Source: a virus. From it: 64,000 nucleotides of DNA. The notes beneath the pieces are model-generated. The model had not been told where the DNA came from and did not search any database. It saw only the letters and a list, made by a program, of their open reading frames with translations. Below, in pieces: positions 1 to 8,894 of this stretch. Made by a program: the position numbers and the translations under genes. The stretch spans positions 32,001 through 96,000 of the IMG/VR virus record IMGVR_UViG_3300023184_000039; one strand, written 5' to 3'. Numbering within the stretch: the stretch's first letter is position 1; every line of letters starts with the position of its first letter.

Positions 1-161
1 AGCGTTGTGTCTCCAACAGCAGCACCACTACCAAAAGTAAGTTTTCCACCAGCATCAACTTTTAGACGGGGTTCATCTTCAGCGGTTACGCCGACCTCAA
101 CAGCAGAGGATGCCGCAGTAGCGAACTTGCGTGCTTTTATTTTGTCTAAAAATGCTGGCAT
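1..161 (-). CDS. tail-fibre-like virion protein, 5' part only (runs off window)
   Basis: Manual translation from ATG at 161: MPAFLDKIKARKFATAASSAVEVGVTAEDEPRLKVDAGGKLTFGSGAAVGDTT..., open to the window edge; directly downstream of the fibre gene on the same strand. Not in the ORF track. Confidence 0.6.
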   Translation of the reverse strand, partial: MPAFLDKIKARKFATAASSAVEVGVTAEDEPRLKVDAGGKLTFGSGAAVGDTT

Positions 162-205
162 TGGCCTCGACCTTACCGATTATGAACCCCTCAGGGTTGT
201 TTGGA

Positions 206-1792
206 TTATCCTATGATTACGACTCTGTACTGACTTGCTGATGGTGCAACACTGAATGACAGTGTCAAAGTATCCGCGGTTGTCAATTCTACATCAGTGA
301 ACACCTGAGCGTATGGTGATGCTACTTCAAACAGTTGAACCTGCAAGTCACGGGTGTTGAGGTTGTGGGTAACAACAATTGATGTTGCCGAACCGTTACC
401 GACGCTTGCAGATACCTTGGTTGTTGCACCGAGGTTGCTTCGGGCACCAGCGGCGGTTGTAGCACCAGTACCACCATTGGCTAGTGGAACCGAAGTGACG
501 AAGGAAAGGTCACCAGCGCCGTTTGTGGAAAGAACCGCACCAGCGGCACCGTCGGCACCAACTGCAGAGATGATTGACGCTTCTGTCGTTCCAACAATCG
601 TTGTGAAGTCAAGGACGCCAGAACCATTTGTTGTAATTGCTTGACCAGCGGTTCCGTCACCACCAGCGGCAGCAATTACTGCAGCAGCGGTTACTTGGGC
701 GGCGGCAGTGTTGGTCGTGACGATGGCGTAATAGTTCGTACCATCATTAGTGGTTTCCCACTTATCGGTGGCTTCGTTCCAACGCAACACAACATTTGTT
801 GATGTTCCACGCTCAATCTCGATACCAGCATTTGCTGACGGAGTGCCAGCCTCACCCGAGTTAAGGGTGATGATGTTATCTTCAAGCAGAATTTCGTTTG
901 TATTAACCGTTGTGGTGGTTCCACTAACTGTCAAGTTTCCAGAAACCACCAAGTCATTGAAGGTTACGTTGCTTCCGGTTCCAACAGCCTGACCAATTGC
1001 AATGGTTGGGGTTGCACCCTCACCAGAGTTGTTGGTGATTGTTACACCAGTACCAGCAACAAGCGACTCTACGTAACTTCCACTTGTGTCCGTTCCGAGT
1101 GCTACCGAGTTGGCGGCAATGGTTGTGACGATGTTGATTGCGGCAGAACCATCAAAGTTTGCAGTACCAGTTACATCACCCGAAACCTGAATTGCTCGTG
1201 GTGTGGCAAGAGTTGTTGCAGTTGACGCATTGCCGGACAAAGCGGCGGTGATTGTTCCAGCAGCAAAGTTGCCAGAAGCATCACGGGCAACGATTGTGCT
1301 GTTGCCAGCAGTCGCTGTTGCCGTGGTTGCTGAGTTGGAAACTTTACCAGCAGTTGAAATTGTGGCAAGTTTGCTATCAACGATTCCTGCAGAGGAACTA
1401 ATGTCAGCGTTGACAATGGTGCCATCAAGAATCATCGCCGATGTGACGGTGCCAGAAGGCAGGGTTACGGTACCAGTGAAGGTTGGCGAAGCAAGAGGTG
1501 CTTTGGCATCCAATTGCGTCTGAATTGCAGAAGTTACACCGTCTACATAGTTGAGTTCTGTGGCACTTACATTGGTGCCCGAAAGAATGTTTATTTCGGC
1601 TGCGGTTGCAGTAACGCCACTGAGTGCGGAAGACTCCCACATCGTGCCATTCCATACCTTAAGGGCGTTTTCTACGGTATCAAAGTAAACCTGACCAGCA
1701 ACTGGGCTAGATGGAGCAGTGGCAAGGTTCTGAATTACCGCATTCTGTAATTCATTCTTGTTAAGATTTAAGTTATTTAAATGCTTGGCCAT
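206..1792 (-). CDS. tail fibre / virion structural protein
   Basis: 528 aa, Ala/Thr/Ser/Gly-rich, with fibre-type motifs (APLASPTFTG, AGIEIERG...LRWNE, LPLANGGTGATTAAGAR-like) and a C-terminal THNL domain; sits in the tail module. Confidence 0.75.
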   Translation of the reverse strand: MAKHLNNLNLNKNELQNAVIQNLATAPSSPVAGQVYFDTVENALKVWNGTMWESSALSGVTATAAEINILSGTNVSATELNYVDGVTSAIQTQLDAKAPLASPTFTGTVTLPSGTVTSAMILDGTIVNADISSSAGIVDSKLATISTAGKVSNSATTATATAGNSTIVARDASGNFAAGTITAALSGNASTATTLATPRAIQVSGDVTGTANFDGSAAINIVTTIAANSVALGTDTSGSYVESLVAGTGVTITNNSGEGATPTIAIGQAVGTGSNVTFNDLVVSGNLTVSGTTTTVNTNEILLEDNIITLNSGEAGTPSANAGIEIERGTSTNVVLRWNEATDKWETTNDGTNYYAIVTTNTAAAQVTAAAVIAAAGGDGTAGQAITTNGSGVLDFTTIVGTTEASIISAVGADGAAGAVLSTNGAGDLSFVTSVPLANGGTGATTAAGARSNLGATTKVSASVGNGSATSIVVTHNLNTRDLQVQLFEVASPYAQVFTDVELTTADTLTLSFSVAPSASQYRVVIIG

Positions 1793-1810
1793 GTTTTTTT
1801 GTTCTTTCTT

Positions 1811-2266
1811 TTATGAAATGTATGCTTTTCCGCTAAAGGCACTTGAGAAGTTTATCACTAGTTCGTTATCTGATGAATGAACAATGTCGCCTATGACGAC
1901 ATTTTCTCCGCTGTCAATAACCGAGACACCACCTGGGCGATAACCGAGGTTATGTGTAACCGTCCATGCCGCTGAAGCACTTGCCTGCGTAAAGGTGAAA
2001 GTGGTTGCTTTGTTGACCCATGCCGAACCGTTGTATACCAATCCCTGACCAGAACTGGCACTAGTGATTGTTACGTCGCCAAGGTCATTAAGTGTGGATG
2101 AGGCTGCGGTCGTGAAGTAATAAAGAGCGCTCCATACAGATGTTCCGTCGCCAATTTTAAATTTCCCAGTGTCGGTTTCAAATCCAGCCTCACCAGCGAA
2201 AAGAATTGGGTTGGCAGCAGTCCATTGAGCCGCAGTTGAGCGCCTGAGTTTAATTCTGTATGACAT
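1811..2266 (-). CDS. minor tail protein with Mtd-N/hyaluronidase-N-like domain
   Basis: Likely start ATG 2266 (MSYRIKLRRSTAAQWTAANPILFAGEAGFETDTGKFKIGDG) is the typical fibre N-terminal motif; C-terminal WTVTHNLG domain. The ORF-track 5' extension overlaps the + strand gene. Confidence 0.75.
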   Translation of the reverse strand: MSYRIKLRRSTAAQWTAANPILFAGEAGFETDTGKFKIGDGTSVWSALYYFTTAASSTLNDLGDVTITSASSGQGLVYNGSAWVNKATTFTFTQASASAAWTVTHNLGYRPGGVSVIDSGENVVIGDIVHSSDNELVINFSSAFSGKAYIS

Positions 2267-2351
2267 CGCACCGTCTTTGCTAGTTGTATCCGAATACCAA
2301 CTTCGTTCTATTATGACATATGAGAAGGTTTGTTGTGGTAGGATTTTTACC

Positions 2352-2852
2352 ATGGCAACAAAAAAGAAGGTAACAGTAAAAAAAGCTGTAAATCCCAAGA
2401 AAAAGGCATCTGCCAAAGTCGTTACCCCTGTTTTGCTTGACCACCCAGATGACGATTTCTCAACAAATAGTGCAAAGTTTGCATTTAGTCACTCTGTTCA
2501 CGAAGATGGTGAGCCAGAACGAATATTGCCTATTGTTGAGCAATTGCAAGAAGAACCGATTGCAGAAGAAGTCATTGAGATATCCGTAGAGGAAGATGCC
2601 CCAACTGGTGGTGTTCACCATGTTGTTGCTACCCCCAATATTGAGCCAGCACGAGGTTCAGAATCTACCGAATTTTATGTTGATTATGGAATTTCCTTAG
2701 AATTAGCAAAATCAATTGCCGAAAAATTTGGAATCCACTACAAGCAAGTTGACATTGTACTTAGTGGGTCGGGCGAAGAAATTGAAATAAGTTTTGGCAG
2801 AATTTACCTGAGTGGAGAAGATGTCGCAAGGTTGTCAATAGGTTCGCAATAA
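2352..2852 (+). CDS. hypothetical protein with Lys-rich N-terminus and acidic body
   Basis: ATG 2352 is preceded by TGTGG-TAGGAT and a 7-nt spacer (leaderless-type); fills the gap between two minus-strand tail genes. Confidence 0.65.
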   Translation: MATKKKVTVKKAVNPKKKASAKVVTPVLLDHPDDDFSTNSAKFAFSHSVHEDGEPERILPIVEQLQEEPIAEEVIEISVEEDAPTGGVHHVVATPNIEPARGSESTEFYVDYGISLELAKSIAEKFGIHYKQVDIVLSGSGEEIEISFGRIYLSGEDVARLSIGSQ

Positions 2853-2862
2853 AGCGCTTCTA

Positions 2863-3432
2863 TTAGGAGACGTAAACCTTCCCAGAAAAAGCAGTTGAAA
2901 AACTCACGGTAAATTGATTGATACTTGTGTGTGTTATATCACCAACCACTATGGACTCGCCACTGTCAATAACCGATATACCACCAGCAAAATAGCCAAG
3001 ATTATGGTTTACTGTCCACACCGATGCTGCTGCTGATTGATAATGAACATACGAACTACCAGCCGCCCCAGTTGCACCCTTGTCACCAGCTAGGTGAATG
3101 TTCCAGCTAGCAAAGAAACTGCTCCCACCAAAGCTGTCGCAGGTCATAGTCATGGTGGTTCCAGAGATTGTGACTATTCCCTCCATGTAGTTGGCTGGGT
3201 TAACGGCAGATGCTCTTACTCTGGCGCCAGTAGCAAATGCACTGGATGCCGTACTCAGTGTAAAAACCTTTGTTCCAGCACCAATGCTAAGACTTGTTGT
3301 GGATGTGACGCCACTATACCCAGCACCATCGGCGCCAGTTTTTGCAGTTCTAACCTGAAGTAAATTCGGCGAGTCCTGATTAATAAAAACTTGGTTGGCA
3401 GTGTCGGTAAGAACGGAAACTATTTCAGGCAT
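2863..3432 (-). CDS. minor tail / fibre-associated protein
   Basis: Short collagen-like G-x-x stretches; C-terminal WTVNHNLG domain paralogous to that of 1811..2266. Confidence 0.7.
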   Translation of the reverse strand: MPEIVSVLTDTANQVFINQDSPNLLQVRTAKTGADGAGYSGVTSTTSLSIGAGTKVFTLSTASSAFATGARVRASAVNPANYMEGIVTISGTTMTMTCDSFGGSSFFASWNIHLAGDKGATGAAGSSYVHYQSAAASVWTVNHNLGYFAGGISVIDSGESIVVGDITHTSINQFTVSFSTAFSGKVYVS

Positions 3433-3463
3433 GGTTCAATCCTTTCGGTTAAATAGTTCTTTG

Positions 3464-3844
3464 TCATCGAGTCACCTCTAGCGATAATGTAACGGTCCCT
3501 TGAAGAAGCCTGCTCACAGCACCCGTTGAGGTTTTTATAATCTCAAGGTCGTAAACCCCGCTACTAGTGAGCGATGAGGTCAGCGTGTCTGTTATGTTGA
3601 TGCTTATTGCATTGTTTGCACCATCCATAACGGTTATTCCGTTACCACTGACGGTTGGGCTTGTGAGCGAAAGCATCGCCGTTGGAGAGTCAATTGTTCT
3701 TCGTATCTGCATTCGTGCCGTATACCCAGTCAGATTGAATGGGTCAAATTGGGTTGGGTCAAGAACATCTGGCTCCATCACATCAATAAGTCGATAGAAG
3801 GTTGTCCCCTGCTCTATCAATATGTTGTAAATTCCAGCAATCAT
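3464..3844 (-). CDS. tail fibre adaptor-like virion protein
   Basis: YNILIEQGTTF...NLTGYTARMQIR...GVYDLEI...RLLQGTVTLSLEVTR, a beta-sandwich pattern common next to phage fibre genes. Confidence 0.65.
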   Translation of the reverse strand: MIAGIYNILIEQGTTFYRLIDVMEPDVLDPTQFDPFNLTGYTARMQIRRTIDSPTAMLSLTSPTVSGNGITVMDGANNAISINITDTLTSSLTSSGVYDLEIIKTSTGAVSRLLQGTVTLSLEVTR

Positions 3845-3912
3845 GGACAGACTCTCCTAGGTAGATGCCTATTAGAGTTTAGGCTATTGGCTTCAAGTAA
3901 AACGGAACCTCT

Positions 3913-4128
3913 TTAAAGAACTGAACCAGAATCCTTGTTTGGTCCAACCTTCTTGAGACCCATTGCCATAGCAATTGAACCAGCAACAGCAACAACACCA
4001 ATTTTTAGATTTGCCGTATTTGTCAAACCATCAAAATTAGAACCGCCAACCACCCATGCCGCAAGATACGCCTGCACGAATGTTTTAACTGCACGCTCTG
4101 CTGTGTCCTTAATGAATTTTGTGCTCAT
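3913..4128 (-). CDS. holin (r1t-like)
   Basis: 71 aa, FIKDTAERAVKTFVQA motif, two hydrophobic segments, basic C-terminus. Confidence 0.75.
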   Translation of the reverse strand: MSTKFIKDTAERAVKTFVQAYLAAWVVGGSNFDGLTNTANLKIGVVAVAGSIAMAMGLKKVGPNKDSGSVL

Positions 4129-4165
4129 TTTTTCTCCTATATTTGGGATGTCCCAATAATATCAT

Positions 4166-5905
4166 TTATCCCAATACAGATTGGTCAAATACTCCAAAGT
4201 CAACATCACCCAAAATAAATGTAATTGCATCAATGGTTGCATGGGTGATGATAAAACCCTGTGGTCGCATTGGTTCAATGGCTGCTAAAACATTAGGGCT
4301 TGAATAGCCAGCATCTAGAGCACCCGGTGTTTCGGATGTTACCGTACGCACATGAATATGGAATGTTTCAGAATTCCAAAACGGAGTGCTTATTATTTTC
4401 TGAGCACCAACCAGCACTTGTTTTCCAGCACTACGTATAGATTTCAAACTACCCCTAGCGTATCCGTATGCCCTGCTCTCTAACTGCCATTTTTTGAATT
4501 CATTGGCAGTCAATGTTGATACAGCAAAAGACCGCACTGGGCGCACATAGTTTGTGCTTGTCAACTTGGTCGGAGTAGTTGTGGTGCCAGTAGAAAGATG
4601 TTGGGCTTTAGCCGTAGAAGCAGCCGTCTCAGTTGAACTCCAGTAAACACCAGAAGTAAAACCAGTACCTAGGGCAACACGATTTGTGTAAAGTTCGGCC
4701 AGTTCGTCTTGGGATGGCAAAAACCAATCAGACAGACCGCCAGATAGCGATGCAGTTCTACAGTACTTAGCGGCAGATGTAGATGTGCTTGAGTTTCCTT
4801 GGGCAATAATTTCTAAAGTGTTCTTGTACCCAGTTCCAATTGCTGTGCCGTCAGCACCAGTGACTGCGGTGCTTTGAAGTGATGTTTGCGCCCATCTCCT
4901 TTGAACCTCAGCGCCGATGGGAGCCACCTCAAAGTATCTACCCGTAGAGTTTCCGACCGTATTTGGAGTAATAAATATTTTTCCACCAGCGGGTCCGGTG
5001 TCGCCAATTTTGTAAGTTACTACATTGGAATCGCTTGATAACGAAGCAATAAAATCTGCCCCATTTGGAATATAAATTTCATTTCTTAACCTAGTTCCAA
5101 TGAACATGGATGCCCATTGACGATAAGAATCTGGCATTAATGCAGGGGTTGTCATTGTGCTTTTTGAAAATTCGTATTCATCACCTACATTTGATGTACG
5201 ACTTGATGCTGGTAGTTCTGATTCCTCATAGGGAAAAATTTTTAGATATTCTTTTATTACTTCATCTAAATTTGATGTAACAGAATGCCATAATTTAAAA
5301 AATGGATATGTTGGATTTGTTTCTTGGGAATCGTAGTCGCGAAAAAAATCAGGAAAGAGTGCCTTTCCTTCCGTGTAGAGAGAATTGTAAAGAAACGGCT
5401 TGTCCAGCGTCAATGTTGGAAATGTAAGATATATTGGCTTACTGTTGTGATTGTCAATATGCATCCGAATGCTCATTGGATGAGATGTAGAATTTTTATC
5501 TGCATATTCATTTATATTTGAATAGCATGCAGTCCATGTGTTTTGACGCAGTTCGTGAGAGTTTCCAGACACCGAGGTGTATGCAGAATCGCTGTCATAT
5601 AAAAAGGATGTGACGGTTACTGTGCTTGAACATTTAAGCACGCAGTGAAATATCCATTCGGCATCATTGATGAGAACCCCAACATCTTGGTTGGTGAGTT
5701 CCACGACAATTTGACTTGAGTTTCCAGGTGTTATTTTTAATGAATACCTATTAAGTTTATAAAAAACATCTGAAACATAGCTTATTGTTGCATAGGGTGT
5801 AATCATATTCCACGAAGAAGAATATGTACTTAACGGAATAACATTTCCCGAAATATCCGATGAGTACAGTCCGTTTTGGTCAGACAGTACATTGGAAGAA
5901 ATCAT
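4166..5905 (-). CDS. baseplate/tail protein with inserted DUF1566-like (C-type-lectin fold) domain
   Basis: Follows baseplate J; internal YKIGDTGPAGG...DWFLPSQDEL...YWSSTE...YVRPVRSF domain; C-terminal AAIEPMRPQG resembles a baseplate wedge protein end. Confidence 0.6.
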   Translation of the reverse strand: MISSNVLSDQNGLYSSDISGNVIPLSTYSSSWNMITPYATISYVSDVFYKLNRYSLKITPGNSSQIVVELTNQDVGVLINDAEWIFHCVLKCSSTVTVTSFLYDSDSAYTSVSGNSHELRQNTWTACYSNINEYADKNSTSHPMSIRMHIDNHNSKPIYLTFPTLTLDKPFLYNSLYTEGKALFPDFFRDYDSQETNPTYPFFKLWHSVTSNLDEVIKEYLKIFPYEESELPASSRTSNVGDEYEFSKSTMTTPALMPDSYRQWASMFIGTRLRNEIYIPNGADFIASLSSDSNVVTYKIGDTGPAGGKIFITPNTVGNSTGRYFEVAPIGAEVQRRWAQTSLQSTAVTGADGTAIGTGYKNTLEIIAQGNSSTSTSAAKYCRTASLSGGLSDWFLPSQDELAELYTNRVALGTGFTSGVYWSSTETAASTAKAQHLSTGTTTTPTKLTSTNYVRPVRSFAVSTLTANEFKKWQLESRAYGYARGSLKSIRSAGKQVLVGAQKIISTPFWNSETFHIHVRTVTSETPGALDAGYSSPNVLAAIEPMRPQGFIITHATIDAITFILGDVDFGVFDQSVLG

Positions 5906-5907
5906 TT

Positions 5908-7104
5908 TTAAAATCCATAATTCGGTATTAGTGTTATTGTTACAAGCGTAGAATCATAATTTGGTAAATCGCCTTTATATAAAATTTCTCTTCCAGCAGC
6001 ATTGGATGCACTTCGCTCCAATGCCGACAGGGTGAGCGAGTCAACATAATCAACACCAGCAGTATTTTGAACTAAAGTTTTTAATTTGTCTGTTCTCAGG
6101 AGCGACTCAAGTTTTGGAAATTTTTGCGGGCTTAGATAAGACTTTAAGTTTGTCCTAATATACGACTCAACCGAATCAACAATATACGATGTTCCAACAT
6201 AAACGGTCATTGATATTGTCGGTCGTATCAAGGTAATACTTTTTATAAAAATTGATAATCCAGCATGCGATTTTGCAACCACATCCCGAAGAATTGCCTG
6301 TTGTTCCAAAACGGTAAGAGCGCGATTAAACCCATAAACAAAAATTGCAATATACCCAGCAACATCTGCACCACCGCGCTCAAGAGTGCCTTCGGCATTT
6401 GTTAAATCATAAACAATACACCTTGATACAGATGCATATGTGGATATAATGTATTTCTCAATTTGTTCGGCGGTAACAAAGTTTTCACTGAGCGACTGGA
6501 GATAGGTTGCCCCGCGAGAAAGATATTCAGAATCGCTTTCTGCATCTGTTCCTTGCACAAAATTACTACTAGCAATAACCGTTCCGATAAGAGATGAAAA
6601 TTGTATGTAATTAAATACATCACCAGAATTAACTTCTGGAACAATTCCCTCTGTTCTGGCAGAAACAAATATTGTTAGCGATGGTGGGTAAGCAGTGTCT
6701 GATGCGGGGATTTCATAGGAAATTGATGTTTCGTAATAGGTTGTGACGACTTCATCAAAAATCAAGGATTCGTGAGCGAATACTGTTCCAGCCGGTATGG
6801 ATGCACCGTCCACGGTGAGCAGTGTTACCACAAGACTAACCGTTGCCCTCTGACCAACATTTCTTCCCACGCCCATAAATGAAAGCATGCCCTCCATCAG
6901 TCTGTTGGGCAATGTATTGATGTGTGTTGTAGCAATTGACGTCATGTATGCCATCGCTTGGAACATTGCATCCTCTACCGTTCCAGTTCTAAGATTAAAA
7001 TCAGGAATTGTCATCTGGGCAACTTCAATTGCATTTGAGTAAATATCCCCAGGCTGTTTATCATAAATTCTGAGGTTTATATATTGTGAAAAATCTGCTG
7101 CCAT
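5908..7104 (-). CDS. baseplate J-like wedge protein
   Basis: IPAGTVF, GTDAESDSEYLSR and GVDYV motifs; 398 aa; position in the baseplate cluster. Confidence 0.85.
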   Translation of the reverse strand: MAADFSQYINLRIYDKQPGDIYSNAIEVAQMTIPDFNLRTGTVEDAMFQAMAYMTSIATTHINTLPNRLMEGMLSFMGVGRNVGQRATVSLVVTLLTVDGASIPAGTVFAHESLIFDEVVTTYYETSISYEIPASDTAYPPSLTIFVSARTEGIVPEVNSGDVFNYIQFSSLIGTVIASSNFVQGTDAESDSEYLSRGATYLQSLSENFVTAEQIEKYIISTYASVSRCIVYDLTNAEGTLERGGADVAGYIAIFVYGFNRALTVLEQQAILRDVVAKSHAGLSIFIKSITLIRPTISMTVYVGTSYIVDSVESYIRTNLKSYLSPQKFPKLESLLRTDKLKTLVQNTAGVDYVDSLTLSALERSASNAAGREILYKGDLPNYDSTLVTITLIPNYGF

Positions 7105-7400
7105 TAGTTAATCCTAAACTCAATATTAAGGGACATAGAACTTGTTTGAGAGTTTAATGAAAGGTTAACTGCCCCAATGGTAACTTCCGGAACGAACCTA
7201 GATGCATGAACCATGAACACCCCAGAATCAATCAATCTATAGGAAGGGTCAAACACACCATACTTGGGGGTCAGTCGGAACTGACCTGGTTCGGTAAGGG
7301 CGGCAAAACTCAGCAGTTGTTTAAAGTAATCCGATGTCCCTTCGGTTAATTTTGACAAGCCAGTTGATGTGAATTTAATTGGAAATTTAATTGTGTCCAT
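7104..7400 (-). CDS. baseplate wedge subunit (gp25/W-like)
   Basis: 98 aa, IKFP...LTEPGQFRLTPKYGVFDP pattern; immediately upstream of J. Confidence 0.7.
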   Translation of the reverse strand: MDTIKFPIKFTSTGLSKLTEGTSDYFKQLLSFAALTEPGQFRLTPKYGVFDPSYRLIDSGVFMVHASRFVPEVTIGAVNLSLNSQTSSMSLNIEFRIN

Positions 7401-7407
7401 GTCTCAC

Positions 7408-7755
7408 CTAGTGCGTGTGGTCTCTTGATTCGAGGAATACAACACGTGCCGTCAGGGCCGCCAATGCGGCCTGTGTTGCAAATACATCTGTTGTTGTATT
7501 AATTCTACCAATTATAACAGCATTAAAAACATCGTTGTCTAAAAATGCAACAACCACGGAATCACCAATGGTTGGTCGGTTTGCGGCTGTTACGCCCAAA
7601 AAATCAAGATTTGGAACAATTGTGGAAAACGAAGGAATATTGACATTTGCCCTTCCAGTGGAACTGACCGAAACAACCTTTCCTAGGTGCAAACCGCCAC
7701 CCTCTCTTGGTGCTTGCGCGCCACCGGTGGGATTAACGTATCTTCGCTGCGTCAC
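7408..7755 (-). CDS. baseplate spike / gpV-like protein
   Basis: OB-fold-like GKVVSV...PTIGDSVVVAF...IIGR; C-terminal HTH tripeptide (His-x-His) as in spike tips. Confidence 0.65.
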   Translation of the reverse strand: MTQRRYVNPTGGAQAPREGGGLHLGKVVSVSSTGRANVNIPSFSTIVPNLDFLGVTAANRPTIGDSVVVAFLDNDVFNAVIIGRINTTTDVFATQAALAALTARVVFLESRDHTH

Positions 7756-8894
7756 AATCTGTCCTTACCTTTCTCTGTTCCTGGGATGCTCCATGGGGCA
7801 CCAGACTCTGGTTTTTCCTGTCCATAAGCAAAATATGGAAGAAGCACATCTGGCCCAACTTCGTCATCCGTGGCTGGATATCTTGTTCCAACTGGTAGCG
7901 GTTTGATGCGGTCTCTCCAATCTTTTGGATTTCTTTCTGGAGTAACAAAAGTTATCGAAACTGGGTCTGGGGATAGTTCCTTAAAATCAACTTGAGTAAT
8001 AAGGTAATAACCAGTAAATGTTGGAATCCCACCAATAAAAACGGTCATACCCGGACGAAGAACCTGACCGCTTGTACGACTAATATTTGCAGTACCATCA
8101 GCTTCCATTGGGTCGTTGTCGCCTTTATGCATATCTGGTATGTGCATCAAGGGAAAATCTTCCCCCATTCTGCCTGGTATCAATGGAATGAAACGTCTTT
8201 CAACTTTTCGTGTTTTTTTAGCCTTGGTTACTGGGTCTATTGTGTGTTTATCCAATATCATTCCATGAGAACCCCACCTATGCATCAACCATTTCATTGA
8301 TGCAAAATATAAAGTACCATCAACCTCAAAACACTCAAAATGCGCAGAGGAGGCAAGGTTTGTTATGACACTCCAAAGTGAGTCTGCTTGTTGCGCTCCA
8401 CTTGCCTGAGTTACGTGTTGAACCTTGTTGGTTTTTTCTCCAACAAACTTTAAACCATATTTTGTTGCTGCTTGATGAACAAACTCAAAACCAGAAGCCT
8501 GTGGAAAACTTCCTGGTTTCTTATCTCGTTTCATTTGCTGAATGGCTTTTGTTCTGCATTTAATCGTCCAAATTGGATTTATTCCCTGGCTTTGAGAAAC
8601 CGATATATCTGCCACCTCCATGAGCAGTGTAACAAAAACAAATTTAGCAGTTCCACCACCGAGGTCCTGTGCATCATCTAGTGATTTTGTTGTATAGGTA
8701 ACATCTCTTCCAATATTGAAATAGTTATTGGCACCAAAAAGAAAATCAGTATCAAATATTTCAAGACTAATTTCTGTGCATAATTTAGTTGAGTAACTTA
8801 CCGAACATGAAAGTATTGACTTATTCATTGTTTCATTTATTTTTGCATCAAGGTCACCAAATGTAACCCTAAATGGGTCGGCTTCAGCAAGCAT
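7752..8894 (-). CDS. baseplate hub / late control D-like protein
   Basis: DSLWSVITNLA...FEVDGTLYF...LRPGMTVFIGGI...GYYLITQVD pattern; position. Confidence 0.7.
   Translation of the reverse strand: MLAEADPFRVTFGDLDAKINETMNKSILSCSVSYSTKLCTEISLEIFDTDFLFGANNYFNIGRDVTYTTKSLDDAQDLGGGTAKFVFVTLLMEVADISVSQSQGINPIWTIKCRTKAIQQMKRDKKPGSFPQASGFEFVHQAATKYGLKFVGEKTNKVQHVTQASGAQQADSLWSVITNLASSAHFECFEVDGTLYFASMKWLMHRWGSHGMILDKHTIDPVTKAKKTRKVERRFIPLIPGRMGEDFPLMHIPDMHKGDNDPMEADGTANISRTSGQVLRPGMTVFIGGIPTFTGYYLITQVDFKELSPDPVSITFVTPERNPKDWRDRIKPLPVGTRYPATDDEVGPDVLLPYFAYGQEKPESGAPWSIPGTEKGKDRL

Noticed and set aside
7-216. + strand 69-aa ORF and other antisense ORFs across 354-16132
   Set aside because: Shadow frames of well-supported minus-strand tail genes, with no recognisable motifs.
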